Positions 1 to 14,500 of a stretch of DNA of 64,000 bases are shown here, piece by piece. How positions within the stretch are numbered: position 1 is the first letter of the stretch; each line of letters opens with the position of its first letter. The notes below the pieces were generated by a model, which saw only the letters and a list, made by a program, of their open reading frames with translations, ran no database searches and was not told where the DNA came from. The translations under genes and the position numbers were made by a program. Origin of the DNA: Octopus vulgaris (lineage: Eukaryota); assembly GCA_951406725.2 (NCBI GenBank), contig OX597815.1, positions 128,340,001-128,404,000 on the forward strand, given 5' to 3'.

Positions 1-154
1 ATTTTCAGTTGTAATGCTTTCACTATTTTCACAAATATGTTAATGTTTTTCTTTGTACTGTGCATATTATTCCCACGATCACGTTTAGATATCAGCATCT
101 CCAGAATTGAATTGTGTTCACCTATTCATAATATAATAAAAATTTTTCATTTAG

Positions 155-349
155 ATGCTCCATGGTGTGGGCATTGCAAAGCCCTTGCTCCTGAATATGT
201 AAAGGCAGCTGGAGAGTTTAAAGATGATGAAAACTGTTATTTAGGGAAAGTTGATGCTACCATTGAAGTGGATTTGGCTGAGAAATATGAAGTTCGAGGC
301 TACCCAACTATCAAATTCTTCAAGGAAGGAAAAATATATGACTATTCCG
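155..349 (+). CDS. P4HB: PDI exon 2: thioredoxin a domain, (Y)[14 protein letters not shown]...[17 protein letters not shown]
   Basis: Acceptor ttag|AT at 154/155, donor G|gtattt at 349/350, WCGHC active site. Confidence 0.95.
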
Positions 350-819
350 GTATTTCATTTTTCTAATATTTGGATTTGTGTAGCAACTATTTAACGTACT
401 TGTGTTAACTTCATATAACTGAACACAAACCTAAGAGTTAGTTAATTCATTTAACTTGACATATTAGCAAAATCAGTATATGATGTATTAGCCATGCTAA
501 TTATGAATATTTGAAACTAGCTAGGTTGAATTAAATCATCATTTAACATCTGTTTTCCATGCTGACATGGGTTGTACACTTTGACAGGAGCTGGCCAGTG
601 GAAGAGCTGCTAGGCTTCATGTCTGTTTTGGCATGGTTTCTACAACTGGATGTCCTTCCTAACATCAATCACTTTACAGAGAGCACTGGATGCTTTTACA
701 CACCACTAGCAGCAGTTCTTTTATATTGCACTGGCATCTACATACCTGCAAGGTTAAGAACCTTTGGCTTAAAAATGATGCAGGGGAGATGACTGTATAC
801 AAGGACAATCACATATTTA

Positions 820-1065
820 CTAAATAAATAATAAATGCGCCCTTTTAAAGCCTAGCCAAGCTCATGGGCCCGGTTTCCCAGTTTCAATGGCGTATGTGTT
901 CCCCAGTCCATTGCAGCGTTACTCATTTTTGCCAGCTGAGTGGACTGGAGCAATGTGAAATGAAGTGTTTTGCTCAAGAACACAACACGTTGCCCAGTCC
1001 AGGAATTGAAATCACAATCTTACGATCATGATGCTGACACCTTAACCACTAAGCCACATGCCTCC
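820..1065 (-). mobile_element. tRNA-derived SINE (CORE-like family)
   Basis: Minus strand begins ggaggcatgtggcttagtggttaagg (A-box), then a degenerate B-box and a ttcttgagcaaaacactt CORE-like block. Confidence 0.65.
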
Positions 1066-1069
1066 ACAT

Positions 1070-1123
<54 letters not shown>

Positions 1124-1521
1124 ATGTTTGTCCCCAACACTACCACTTGACAACTGGTGTTGGTGTGTTTATGTTCCCATAGCTTAGCAGTTCAGCTAAA
1201 GAGACTGATAGAATAGGTACCAGGCTTAAAAAAATTAAAAAGTACTGGAGTTGATTCATTTGATTAAAATCCTTCAAGGTGGTGCCCCAGCATAGCCTCA
1301 GTCTAATGACTGAAACAAGTAAAGGAACCCGCATTGAAATGGAAATAATGAGATGAGTACTACAGCCACTGTCTGACTTAAGTGAATCCTCTTTTTGAAG
1401 GAGAAAAATTAATGAGCACATTTACAGAAGATCATGTTTATTCTCTGTAAGTTAAACATTTAGTCACAGAAATTTCTTCTATCTTCCATCTCACAGAGAT
1501 ATCTTGACAAAGTGTGAAATA

Positions 1522-1880
1522 CCATGTTTTCTAGCATATAAGATGCACCTTTTTTCAAAAACATTCCCCACAAAAGTCACTCTGTGCCTTATATGCTGAT
1601 GGTCAAGCATTGGGTAGACTTGTTTAGTGTTATTAAGGATGGACAATACTGGTGATGATGGAGGTCAGGGATAGTATTTGGTAGTATTAAGGTAAAAATT
1701 GTAACTTAGCCTACCATAACAGCATACAAAAGGGCATCAGTGTAAAATTTCATGGCTTCTATACACGAAAAGGTGCGAGTCATTCAGCTAGGGGATTTGG
1801 GGTGAGCTGCAGTTTTTTTTTTCTTTTCGTAAATTATACCTGCCAAAATTGGGGTGCACTTTATATACCCAAAAATATGG
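1522..1880. mobile_element. Decayed Tc1/mariner-superfamily (Tc2/pogo-like) MITE
   Basis: TA|CCATGTTTTCTAGCATATAAGATGCAC ... GTGCACTTTATATACCCAAAAATATGG|TA: imperfect TIRs with TA flanks. Confidence 0.55.
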
Positions 1881-2064
1881 TACATTAGCCATCATAAGAG
1901 CAACCGCCTTAGAATCATTGTTTCCACCTTCCTATGAAGCAGAGTGGTGTTGCAAAACTAATATTATTACATTATGTACAAGAAGGCTAGAATGATAGAC
2001 AAAACAAACTTGATATCGTTCTGTATGACTATATCAAAGTTGCAAAATAAATTTTAAAAATACT

Positions 2065-2478
2065 GGATGTGTGGTAAGTAGCTTACTTACCAACCACATG
2101 GTTCCAGGTTCAGTCCCACTGAGTGGAACCTTGGGCAAGTGTCTTCTACTATAGTCTTGGGCTGACCAAAGCCTTGTGAGTGGATTTGGTAGACAGAAAC
2201 TGAAAGTAGCCCGTTGTATATATGTATATATATATATATATATATATACATACATAAATGTATGTGTGTGTGTGTATATGTTTGTGTGTCTGTGTTTGTC
2301 TCCCCCCAACGTTGCTTGACAACCGATGTTGGTGTGTTTACATCCCCATAACTTAGCAGTTCGGCATAAGAGACTGATAGAATAAGTACTAGGCTTACAA
2401 AAATAAGTCCTGGAGTTGATTTGCTTGACTAAAGGCGGTGCTCCAGCATGGCCACACTCAATGACTGAAACAAAAGAG
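2065..2478 (+). mobile_element. tRNA-head SINE, family A (internal TA/TG microsatellite)
   Basis: A-box tgtgtggtaag, B-box ggttcagtccc, ccttgggcaagtg block and tail gactgaaacaa. Near-identical copies occur elsewhere in the window. Confidence 0.85.
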
Positions 2479-5082
2479 TGAATCAATGTAGAGTCTGTAG
2501 GTCTGATTTTGTTCATAGGTTTCATTAATATTTATCGACTGTGCTCAATTGAGGAGGATCTCTAATTATTAGTTAAGATCTGTAAAACATTTTAAATGTT
2601 CTATTTTGACCTATTTGAAGAAATAGACATTAATATTTACACACATACACACGGCAGGTTTTCTTTAAGTTTCTGTGCCAAAGTTTGAAGACACTTGCCC
2701 AAGGTGTCACACAATGTGATAAAACTTGAGACCACAAGCAACAGACCAAACTCTCTATTTAGTCATGTCTGCACTACTTAATGCTATGCAACAACATTGG
2801 CGAGGCCTTATAGTTAAATTGTGTGACTATAAGAATTAATTATATAGTTATTTCACAGCAATGATCAGTTTTCTCTTGTGCCTTAGGTCGAAATATCTAT
2901 TAGCAGAGTCTGTTTCGTTTTAGGGTTCTCTAAAAAAAACTATCATTGAGTTAATGTTAAAAATTAAGAAAGTTTTTTTTTACTGACATTTGATAGATGT
3001 TAGTTTGATTTGTAGCTGTTTGACATTTTTAGATATAGATTTATATTTTAGAAGCTTTCTCTCAGCCTAATTTATTTCTCTGTTCATATAAATGGCATAC
3101 TATATGATATATATGTACAAGCCATGATGCTCTTGTGCAGAGAATGCAAAAGATTAGTACATTAGAAAGTGATGAGCTGACTATGGCTTATAGAGTGTAG
3201 TTGAAGCACAAATGAATTGTTGAGAAGATGGTTGATCAGCAAAAATATTGATTGAGGTTTTGCACCAAGTCAGTCCTGAATGAGTAAACCAATGATCAAT
3301 AGTTTTCCAGTCATGACCATTCTGCCTCTTTTAGAGGCATCTTGGAATATATTATTCAATGGTACGTTAAGGTTTTTGCTAAGAGTATTAGCAATAAGGT
3401 GAGATAAGATGGCTTCAATTGCATAACAAACTTCGTTTTTCTATTAAAAAAAATATGATAATAATGGTTTCAAATTTTGGCACAAGACCAGCAATTTTGG
3501 GGGAATGGGATAGTTGATTACATCGACTCGAGTACTTGGATGGTATTAATTTTATTGACCCTGGAAAGATGAAAGGCAAAGTGGACCTGCAGAGTTTGAA
3601 CTCTGAACATAGACAAACGAAATGCTGAAGACATTTTGCCTGGCATTGCTAGTGATTCTGTCAGCTTACTGCCTTGATGATGATGATGATGATTTAGTCC
3701 ATGGATTGGGGGAGAGGCAGTGTCCATGTCTTCCCAAACTGGTGAGACATACAACAAATACCTAGCCTGAACATTCTGACCTTAATACTCCAAAAGGCAT
3801 TTATAGTTTAAAAAAATTTTTTTTTTAACTCTGTTAGTACTAACCACAATAGTTTTATAAATTTAATTCTTTAAAGACTGTCAGCAGCCTTTGAAAGTTT
3901 CTCCACTAAAGATGAAACCCATTTTTTTATTAGATTAAAAAAGAATAAGTTTAAAATTTTAATAAAAAAAAATCTGAATGTCAGTAGACAAAGAAAATGT
4001 TCTTGTAAAAGATATTCTTGTCTAGCCTAAATATGGTGGACTAACGATCAATCCAGTCATTTCGTAAAGGTTATGTGACATATTCAAAACAATGATAGTT
4101 TTGTGACTCTTCATTTTCCTTCCTATTTTTTTAAAATTGTAATTTCTTTTACATTGCTGTTTGAAATCTTAAACATTCATAAGTTAGCTTCTTACATCAA
4201 TTTTTTGAAGCAGTTTATTTATAGTTGAGTCCTTTTAAGAATATTAACCACCATTTTACTGTACAACAATTGCGGTAACCTTTTAAGGCAGGCCTCTCTG
4301 AAGTAACAACAGATGGTCTTAGTTATCACAATATGATACAATACCAGTCACAGTATTTGAACTTGTGACATTTTAAATAAACTTGAATGTTCAGAAACTT
4401 TACTTCACATTGATTTTCTTTTTCTGTACACAAACCCTCTGATTTATTAGTAGGGGAAGAAAGAAAATTTTTATGTGCATGCCATTTCTAAGGATACTAT
4501 CAATGTAAGTGAAGTGTTGACTTGATTTTGTTTGAAGCTCATCTGCATTCTATGTATTTGAGGTCAACTGAGAAGGGAACCTGTATATAGTTGCTCTGTT
4601 CCTTAGAAATTGTAAAATCTTCCCTCAAATCACAAACCATCATCTAGATCACTTCAGTATTTTTGGTGATAAACCTGTTCACCTGGAGCATAACTTAGTT
4701 GGTGTTATTGCTATCAAAGAAATTATAACTATTTAGTGAGGTGCAATTTGGCAAATTTATACAACTTGCAAATGTTAAGTCATTAATATTAATTCTGAGC
4801 AATTATTACTTTTTACTATAGCAAACAGAATATCATTTTTGTTTTCTTTTAATATCAATAATTGACTGGCATTTTTGATTCTTAACTAGTCCTCAGTTTA
4901 TATTTAATTTAAAGATTGAATCTTTGATACTTTATCTATCACAAAAAGACATTAAAACTATAAAATTAGAAACCCCATGATCCTTGCTTTCTTGGAAAGT
5001 TGCTCATCTGACTTCCTGAAACAGTATTTTAAAATATGTATTATAAAATACCTTGTTTTAATGTATTAAATTTAATTTTCAG

Positions 5083-5216
5083 AGGGACGTACTGCTGGTG
5101 ATATGGTAGCTTGGATTAAAAAAAAGACTGGTCCTCCTGCTGTTACACTAAATTCTGTTAGTGAGGCCAAAGCTCTTGTTAATAAAGAAGCTGTTGTTGT
5201 TGTAGGATTTTTCCAG
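5083..5216 (+). CDS. P4HB: PDI exon 3: (E)GRTAGDMVAWIKKKTGPPA...VVVVGFFQ
   Basis: ttttcag| acceptor and CAG|gtaatg donor. Phase 1 matches the previous exon. Contains the conserved W-x-KK-x-TGP. Confidence 0.93.
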
Positions 5217-5530
5217 GTAATGTTCACTTTTTACTTTTTCCAATGTTCTGTTGATTTTATTTGTAAATTTGATGAGAAAGAACTATCTCCTTACCTTTAC
5301 TAAACCTTCTTTGACTGGAGGTTAAACCTAATTGAATGCATTCAGTATGGTCGATGATCAGTTTAACTGATGCTTTGAAAATATAAAGTATTGCAAATAA
5401 ATGCATTTGAGGAATTGGGGTTATGAAGCGGTTTGTGTTTTTTAGTAGAATAGAACAGGTTACTGTTTAAGCAGTAAACCAATTGCTAATTGTAATGTTT
5501 GTGAAAGAATGTTTCTTTTCAGAAAAATAT

Positions 5531-5942
5531 TTGGTCCTCCCATAAATAATGCAGTTTTTTTATACTTTTATTTTTCAAAATTAAGATAGTTTAAAATGTT
5601 TTTTTTTTTTTCAAATCTAAAATATACTCTCCTTCATTTTCTACAATGTTCTTCCACCTATCTAGTAGACTTGCAAGGCTCGTCTTCCAAAATTCACTTG
5701 TCTGTGACGAAAAATACTCATCCAGTACTGTTTTGATCTTATCTACAGAATTCATTATCTTTTCTGTCCAAGTGATTTTGAAGACTGTGGAATAAATGAT
5801 AATCAGATGGAGCAATGTTCAGTGAATATAGTGGGTCGGGCATCGTTTCCAATTCAAACTGCTCCAGTCTTTGGAATGTCATCCTTGCTGTACATGGCCA
5901 AGCATTATTCTGATGGAAGAAAACATTTCATCTTGAAACCAG
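5531..5942 (-). mobile_element. Mariner transposon 3' fragment
   Basis: Minus-strand translation FFHQNNAWP...PLYSLNIAPSDYHLF...RWKNIVENEGEYILD, with a TIR-like end near 5531. Confidence 0.8.
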
Positions 5943-8900
5943 TGATAAATCAGAGGGTTTGTGTACAGAAAAAGGAAATTAATGTGCAGCAACAGTGATT
6001 TTCTTTTCTTTCATATTGAGAACTGCATAATCATATGCTTGTATAATTTAGTGTAATGGACAATTTTTGATTGTTTGCAATGTTTAATTTGTTACCATTA
6101 TTTTGGATTTAGTTATCATTGTAGTGAGAGATTAAACACTTTCTATTCTTAGAAGTTGCACGAAATATAAGAAGGATAATTGTTGTGAAATTTGGAGCCC
6201 TTGTTATTATTCACATCTATCTGAATGATCCCTCACCCCTATCATTGCTTTAAGTAATTAAGATTTAAGTATTAATAATATTTGACTAAAGTAAGAAATC
6301 AAAATTGAACCATTGCATGTGACTAATTAATTTGCATAAATATAGTTCATGAAAAATTCAGTCTAAGAAATAAATTTAAAGTGAAGCAAATTTAGGAATA
6401 CATGACATTAAATTTCTTTTGCGAGGCCTTTAATCTTAAATATAATTTCATAAAAAAATTTTAAGGATTGTTTTCTTACTTGAACTTTGAGAGTATGTGA
6501 ATTGTGATAATTATAGTGCAGGAATGATAAGTAAAGAACAAGGCAAGGAAGACTAACAGGCATTTGAACCATTTTTATCAGCTGGATGATAAGATATTTT
6601 AGATGTTCAAACACTCTATGCTCATTGTAAAACTTTAGATTATCATGCTTCAGTTTAAGTTAAATTGAAATATCATTGACAAACTCTACCTTAGTTTATT
6701 TCATTGCTAGTAGTTATAAAAAGTATTTCTTGTTAATCCATTCAACATTTAGAAAAATAATTCTTATCTCAAGGATCTATATATCTAGTACGTAACTCAG
6801 ATTTTTGTAGCATTAGTATCTCATCTGGATGCTAGATCTTATGATTGGCCAACCCCTTGAAGATATGGTATTATCATCATTTGACATTTGCTTTCCATTA
6901 GATGATTCAAGAGAATTTGATGGATTGGAGAACCACATCTAGCTTTAATGTCTCAGTTTTTGCCTGGTTTCAGTGGCTGGATGTCCTTCCTATCACCATC
7001 CACTTTATAAAGTAATTGGTGCTTTTATTTCATGACACCAGCACTATAAAAGTTGATTTGCCTTTGGTAAGACTGCATTGTCTTTGGTTGATTCACAACC
7101 ACTTAACTGTGCTGAGTACTTATTGTGGTGCCAGCTGTAGTGAGGTCACTTTGTAACTTGCAAGGCCTAGCAGATAATAGAGAGTGATAACTTTAGGCAA
7201 GGTTTTGAGAGAAGTTAAAGTATGATAGGAAGAACAGATTTATTGTTATATGAAAGTGGTAAGAGAGAAGACAAAGTAGTGTGAAAGAGAGGCCAGTGGT
7301 AAGGATGATGGGGGTGGGTGTAGTAGGAGGAACCCAGTCTTAAACTGCAGATTTAGACTTGTTAGTAGTTCAATATGTTTATACATTCAATGATCTTATA
7401 AGAAATGAGGGCATTTGCTGAAAGGTTTGAAGATATTTGGCAGAATGCTATTAAATATTGTCGGAACAAGTTTAGTTATAGGAATGCATATAATTTAAGG
7501 GCGAGTGGTTCCATTTTTCAAAATAAAGGGATAATTGTTTACAATATTGCAAAATTCTAAATTTGCAACTATCATTCATGGTTTAACATTAAAACTGGAA
7601 AATTCAGTAAATGAATTGAAATGATTAGAAGTAGATCTAATTTTTTTTTCTAATTATCCAGTTTTAATATATATTTTAAGAACAATGAGTTTTACATATA
7701 ATAAATGACTTTCTTCTATGCATCTCATTCTGATAATGAGCTGGACATGGTTTCAAATTTAGTTATTTGAATTGGGAATGTTTAGATTTGCTTTATTGTT
7801 TAGCTGTCTTTCTCCACTGTAGATATATTTTGTGATGCACACAATGTGTAAATCTTCCTTGGACATCTCTCTTACTACTATAAAAACTGCTGGATATCCA
7901 ATATGATGGAATATTTCTTCCATTATCATTATAGTTCATTGACTCTAACACAGCATGACTGTGATATATAGTTCCACAAAGCAGAACTGAAATGTGCAGT
8001 AACTGTAGGTTACTCACTGGATTATTATGTATTATTATTGTGACAGATGTGATCACCTAAGGCTGATTGGAAGTATTCAGCAACACCATTTTCTGGTACT
8101 GATAACTTAATTTTTAAGTTAGATGTGCTTATAGGTTATATCAGAGTTGGAACACCTAACTTCTAACTATAAGAGTATAACAAGTTAATAATTCAGCCAC
8201 TGCTAACTGTATCTATATATCCAAATAATGGAAAAACAGATGTATTTATGTAAATGATTGCAGTAAACAATGGTTCACCATTGAATTATTTCGCCCTTCA
8301 CCAGCCATCAAGGATAACACACACACACACATATACATACATACAGACAGACAGTAACTTCACATTTGCAAAGTAATTTGCAGTTGCAGTGAAGAGTACT
8401 AAAGTAAATGCTGTACTGTAACTAGTTGAATACTTCATTCATTTGGGTTCAAATTGATTTGAACCCTTCTAGGGCCAGTTAAATCGCAATTGAACTTCAG
8501 CCCATTATCTATTGAAACTGGCTTTCAGCCTCTTCAGAAGAAATCATCATCATCACCATTGTTTAACGTCTGCTTTCCATGCTGGCATGGGTTGGACAGT
8601 TTGACTGTGAACTGGCGAGCCAGATGGCTGTACCAGGCTCCAGTCTGATCTGGCAGAGTTTCTACAGCTGGATGCCCTTCCTAATGCCAACTACTCCGAG
8701 AGTATAGTGGGTGCTTTTACGTGCCACCAGCGGTACTGGCAACAGTCGCGTTCAAGTGGTGTTTTTTATGTGCCACCTGCACAGGAGTACTGGCAACAAC
8801 CTCACTCGAATGTTTTTCATGTGCCAGTAAGACGACACAGGTAACGATCAAGAAAAATGTATGATTTATTTTAGTTTCCTAATCAAATTCAATTTGAACT

Positions 8901-9554
8901 AAATATGATTTAGATAAATAAAATATTAGCTAAATTAAAAATGATCAATCCATTAGGTATGTTACATTTCATTCTATCTTTCAAACCTCAAGATATTTGC
9001 AGTTGTGAGTTGTTCTTTCTTGAACAAGCCCAATGTAAAATATGAGCAGTAAGTCTTTTAAAAATAAGTAAATATGTAATTTTCCTATTTATATTATTAG
9101 AATGATTTACATAGTTTTTTTTTTCCTTCTAAATTTAAATATTTACCTTAGAACTTTTGGAGCAATTATGGATGACTTCATAAGGTGGCAAGTTAGAATT
9201 GTTAGCTTGTTGGACAAAATGTTTATTGGATTTCATTTGCCTGTTGCATTCTGAGGTCAAATTCTGCTGAGATTGACTTTTTCATCCTTTAAGGGTGGAT
9301 AAAGTAGCATTTGAGCACTAGATTCAATGAAATTGGATAGCCCACTCCCCCAAATTTTAGGCCTTGTTTCTATAATAGAAAGAGAAAATTGCCTTTAATG
9401 TCTACTATTGGATATGGTTCCTTTTATTGTCTGCTGAGTTATAGATTTCACTTAGATACTCTATGATTACTCTAACAAGGACTGAACTTGTACCATTACT
9501 TGTAATTCTCCAATAGCTTAACTGTATCACAGCTGTAGCCTACACCAGTGTCGC

Positions 9555-10075
9555 ATCATTATCATCATCATCGTTTAATGTCTGCTTTCCATGCTAGCAT
9601 GGGTTGGACGGTTCAACTGGGGTCTGGCAAGCCCGAAGGCTACACCAGGCCAGTCAGATCTGGCAGTGTTTCTACAGCTGGATGCCCTTCCTAACGCCAA
9701 CCATTCCGAGAGTGTAGTGGGTGATTTTATGTGCCACCGACACAGGTGCCAAACGAGGCTGGCAGACGGCCACGCTCAGATGGTGTTTTTTATGTGCCAC
9801 CGACACAGGTGCCAGACGAGGCTGGCAGACGGCCACGCTCGGATGGTGTTTTTTATGTGCCACCGACACAGGTGCCAGACGAGGCTGGCAGACGGCCACG
9901 CTCGGATATGGTGTTTTCGGTGTTTTTCCTATGTGCCACCGACACAGGTGCCAGATGAGGCTGGCGAACGGCTACGATTGGATGGTGTTTGTTACGTGCC
10001 CACGGCACGGATAACCAGCCCATTTAAAAAGTACCTTTGAATCGTCTGACGACATTCCATGTTTGAGGAGACCTA
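9555..10075 (-). mobile_element. RTE-LINE 3' end with 63-bp tandem units and (GAT)n tail
   Basis: Nearly identical, in inverted orientation, to 46400-46860. Units start at 9731, 9794 and 9857. Confidence 0.8.
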
Positions 10076-10545
10076 TTGAGTCAAGTGAAATTAAATCACA
10101 ATTAAATGGAATTGTAGTTGTGGCTGATGCCAGTGCTACCTGACAGGCTCCCATGCTGGTGGCATGCAATAAGCACCATGCAAGCATGGGTCGTTGCCAG
10201 TGCCGCCTGACTGGCCCTCCCGTGCCAGTGACACGTAAAAAGCACCATCCGAACATAGTCAATGCTAGCCTCCCCGCCCCGACTGGCTCCTGTGCCGGTA
10301 GCATGTAAAAAGCATCATCCAAACGTGGCTGATGCCAGTGCTGCCAGGCTTGCTCCCATGTCGGTGGTACATAAAAAGCAGCCACTACACTCTTGGAATG
10401 GTTGGTGTTAGGAAGGGCATCCAGCTGTAGAAATACTGCCAGATCAGACTGGAGCCTGGTGTGGCCTTCTGGCTTGCCAGTCTCCAGTCAAACCATCCAA
10501 CCCATGCCAGCATGAAAAACGGACGTTAAATGATGATGATGATGT
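10076..10545 (+). mobile_element. RTE-LINE 3' end (older copy), inverted relative to 9555-10075
   Basis: Degenerate gtgccggtggcacgtaaaaagcacc units, ggaagggcatccagctgtagaaa block and gatgatgat tail. Confidence 0.75.
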
Positions 10546-11133
10546 ACAAGTCTTGATCTTCTTTCAGTCATTGGACTGCTGCCATACTGGGGTACTGTCT
10601 TGAAGGGTTGCTTTTGCTTAATTATGTTACAGGGATGTAAGGAAACCAACATAGATTTTTGAGTGGGTCAAGGGAAGAAACAAACTCAATTCACATGCAT
10701 ACATATGTGTGTATTTAAAAAATATATTGAATACTTGTAATCACATTAAGATAAGTACTGTGTACTTTGGTTATGGTACTGCTTCAATGTCTATTCTCTA
10801 AATTTCGAGTGGGTTCCATTGCTCCATTATTGAAGAGATTGTTAGTATTTCTGAAATAAATTTTGAAAGGTTACTTACTGCAATTAACTTGAGATTTATT
10901 TTAATTTAGTGTTTATTGATTTTTCTTAGCAGAAAATTTGACTAATAATTGTGTTGCTATAAGAATAACATGAATTTTGTGAAAATGTTTCAAGGCCAGC
11001 TTGCAATGAGTTGGCCAACCTTCCAACTAAATGAGCTTAAACCTATATATAGATTCTGGAGAAAAGATTTTATTTTTTGTTGAGTAATCACTTGAATTTT
11101 CTTCAAATTATCACATAAAATTTATCTTGACAG

Positions 11134-11271
11134 GATGTTGAGTCAGCTGATGCTAAAGCTTTTACTGAAGCAGCTGCAAGCATTGATGATGTTTCCTTTG
11201 CTATCACTAGCAATGCTGACATCTTCAAAGAACACGGACTTGAAAAAGATGCTATTATCCTTTTTAAAAAG
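11134..11271 (+). CDS. P4HB: PDI exon 4: DVESADAKAF...DAIILFKK (b domain)
   Basis: gacag|GAT acceptor and AAG|gtatgg donor, 138 nt, open frame. Absent from the ORF track on this strand. Confidence 0.93.
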
Positions 11272-13589
11272 GTATGGTTTTTAGTTTTTTTAAAATCTTT
11301 TTTCTTCTTTGTAATGAAATTCATTATGAAATGCTATGCAATTTTTGTAGGTCAATTGTAAATTTATTGCATTTTAAAAGCTGGTTTAATTGTTAGGAAT
11401 TTATTTTTTATTGAAAAATCTAAGAAATTTGATATATTTTTATATCATTATTACAATTCAACTGAATCAAATTGTGAAAACTCATTTGATTACACACAAT
11501 GCAGTTTTTGCTATTAAATCAGTGAAAATCTGCTTGATCCACAAGAGTCCAACTTTTTTTTTTTATTTGTATGTTGCATCAGTGGCTTGGTTTTCCTGCT
11601 GTGATGATGATTTTACCTTCAAATACTTTACAAATATCAGTGGAAATCAATGCCTAAATTCAGAATCAACAAATGTTTGAATACTTTAGAAACCATCTGA
11701 TTTAACAGAAATTTGGATTTGTCTTCAGACATCGGTATATTTCTAATTCATGATGGTCAAATGCTGCTCCAATTATTCTGAAATTTATTTGATCAGATAT
11801 ACATGAAAGAACTGAATTGATGAGAATAAACTGACCTGTCCTTAACCATCCTCTCTTCAATTTTTAGTTGGTTTTATTCCTTAAAATTTATAGACCAACT
11901 GTTACACACCAGCTAACATCATAGACAGTTCTTCAATATTTTTTCTTAAGGAATCATCTTCGTAAAATATTCAACTATTTTATGTTTGAATAGCATTCCA
12001 TTTTACTGGGTGTTTCAGTTTAGCTCAAACATCTCTTGATTTTTGTTAGCAAAAGTTCCAGTGCAATTTTAAAATGGTTTTTGTTAGTGTTGCATTGTAC
12101 TTTAAATAGTTAAAATAATGTATTTCAAGTTTCTGTACAATGACTAAGGTCATACATCACTTTAACCAAATCTATTTTTTGATCATTCCATTTGAATGTT
12201 AATCTATAAAGATCTTATCCTTTAATTTCTTGTATATTACATAACTCTAATAATATACCTTCACACCACAATCTTAATACTTTTGCACATTATACTTTAT
12301 CAATCTTTCTATATAGCATGGGTTGAATGGGTCTGCTGTATACTGTCTTGGTCTTTCATCACTTTTGTGAGGTACAGTGTTCTGAGATCTAACCTCATCA
12401 TTACTTGCCACATCTTAGTCTTACTCACAGATGGTAGCCCATTTCACTTTTTCTTTCCTCATCATCCATTTAGATCACATGTTTATAAAAGTATAATTGC
12501 AAAATACCTTTCAAAGTTGATATCATCTGCAAACACCATAAAATTCTTGAGACAGAAAGAATGAAGAAATAATCTAGAAAGCCACAATTCTCTCCATTTT
12601 CTAAAATGTCATCTGTCATTGGACAGATCAAGAAATACAACGGCTCATTCAAATAATATACCCTTAAAATTATAAGTTATCTTCACTAGAATTCCATTAA
12701 CTATTAACCACTTAGTTTTCCAGACATTTACATATTTCTAATACCAGCAAAATTACTGACTAACCTGCTTAACAAATGTATGACAGATGAATGATCAACT
12801 GGTTTCGTTTCTTGAACAAAATAATATCCTCAGTAACACTCGGTGTGCATTCATAAGTCTGAATCTCTATAGATTATTGAATTTAGTCAGTGACCTATGT
12901 AAAGTGTCCTGTTTAATTGCATTCCTTGATTTCTGAAAAACTTTTATATCAGCATTCAAAAAGAACTATTGTTTTTCTTAGAGATCCAATTTCTGTTTTT
13001 GAGTATTTTACTTTATTTGGCATCAAAATAAAATGTCTTAAATAGGGATCAAAAAACCTCTGGATGTTGATAACTTATGTCAAAGGATGGAACACATAGA
13101 CACTCAAGATAAAAGCTTCAGCTTTGAATAAATGCCAAAGTGACACAAATTGAATATGTTGGCCTGCCAAAGATCTCACTACCCCTTTTGTTACCCATTG
13201 TTTACATTCAGTATAGAGTATCAAGCAGTCCTACTTTCTATGTGGCAATGGTGTAGGATTATGGTCTTTGTCATTAATTTTTTTTTTTTGTAACTCTTTC
13301 ACAAATTCTATTTTAGGAACTTGGACATGACCATATAAAAGCTGCCAAAGACAAAACCTCATTGAATTTTCTGTTAATCTTAGCCCTGTTGTTAATTCCT
13401 TTGTCATAGTTCCCATACCTCTCATAGGCATTGATCTAAATTTAGCACCAAACAAACTTTAGGACAAAATGACCAATGAAATGCCATACCTATATTAACA
13501 AATGCAAAATGTTAGACAAATTTAAAGTGCATCTTGTCCAAGCTAACCAGAATTACTTATGGTAAAAGTATGTTTTCAAGATCTTTGTC

Positions 13590-14500
13590 TTTCAGTTTAA
13601 ATCCTCTGTAATTATTCCTCAACAGCATCTTCTTTGCCATTCTAACAGATAGTGATATTCCAGTGATTGAGGATAGCACCTTCCTGTACTACTTAACTGA
13701 ATGACTAGCATGTGACTAACATAAACTGATGCTTCCAACATCTCAGCAACTATCTCTGATGAGCTTGCTGCTTTCTTTGCCTTAATTTCTTTAACAGACT
13801 TACTAATTGTACTGAAGCTAACTGGTCCCTCTGTTGGCTCCACTTAAGGTAGTCCCTTAATAACTCTTATTTCTCATTGAATAACTTCACATAGCACAGA
13901 CATGCCTCTTTATTTTCTCTCACTGAAAATAAGTGCACCAGTGATTGTTTCACAACTTCTCTCCAATAGAATCCTGAATCATACAATTGCATTATTTTGT
14001 AATTCAGAACATTTCACACTTCTCATCTTTGCAACACATATTACCAAAACATCATATTTTCAGTTTTTCTCTTTGCTGAAATACAGAGCATTTCATACTT
14101 CATCCCTGGCTTTTAGATATCTCTTCATGTTTTCTTCCAAGTCTGTCACTTAGCTCTTCTAACCCTAAACACTGTACCATCATTTTACCATTATTTCACT
14201 TGCAACATCACCACGATTCTTGCTCTGTCTCAGGTTGTTAGTAATTTCCAATCATCCTGAATGTCATCTATTTCTATCTCTTCTATAGTGTATTAGGCAT
14301 CACATTAGTCATATTGTAAGTTTAGACTAACAAAGATGTTTTTACGTTCTATACCTTCTCCCTTTCATATTTCTTTCCTGAGTCTCCTTGTTCCAAACCT
14401 AAAATCTCTCTACATATCTCCCCATACTAATATGTTCATCCCTAATCATAGAAATATTTAATATTTTGCTAAGTTCAAATTCAATTTGACTCTCATGTCC
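13590..14500 (-). mobile_element. Degenerate RTE-type LINE ORF fragment
   Basis: EGPVSF...KAASSSEIVAEMLEAS resembles the K-A-x-G-P-S-G-I-V-A-E-M-L-K segment preceding RT. Boundaries are approximate. Confidence 0.55.

Noticed and set aside
9731-9990. CRISPR-like appearance of regularly spaced palindromic repeats
   Set aside because: Whole units repeat with no unique spacers, there are no cas genes, and the context is a eukaryotic retroelement.
9591-10040. Repetitive ORFs (MCHRHRCQTRLADGH..., also at 46364-46827 and 53690-54275)
   Set aside because: They are antisense readings of the 63-nt LINE 3' UTR units, open because the unit length is a multiple of 3.
12150-13150. Possible LINE RT remnant (AFLDF*KTF-like) on +
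   Set aside because: Only one degenerate motif is recognisable, so boundaries and class cannot be supported without a search.
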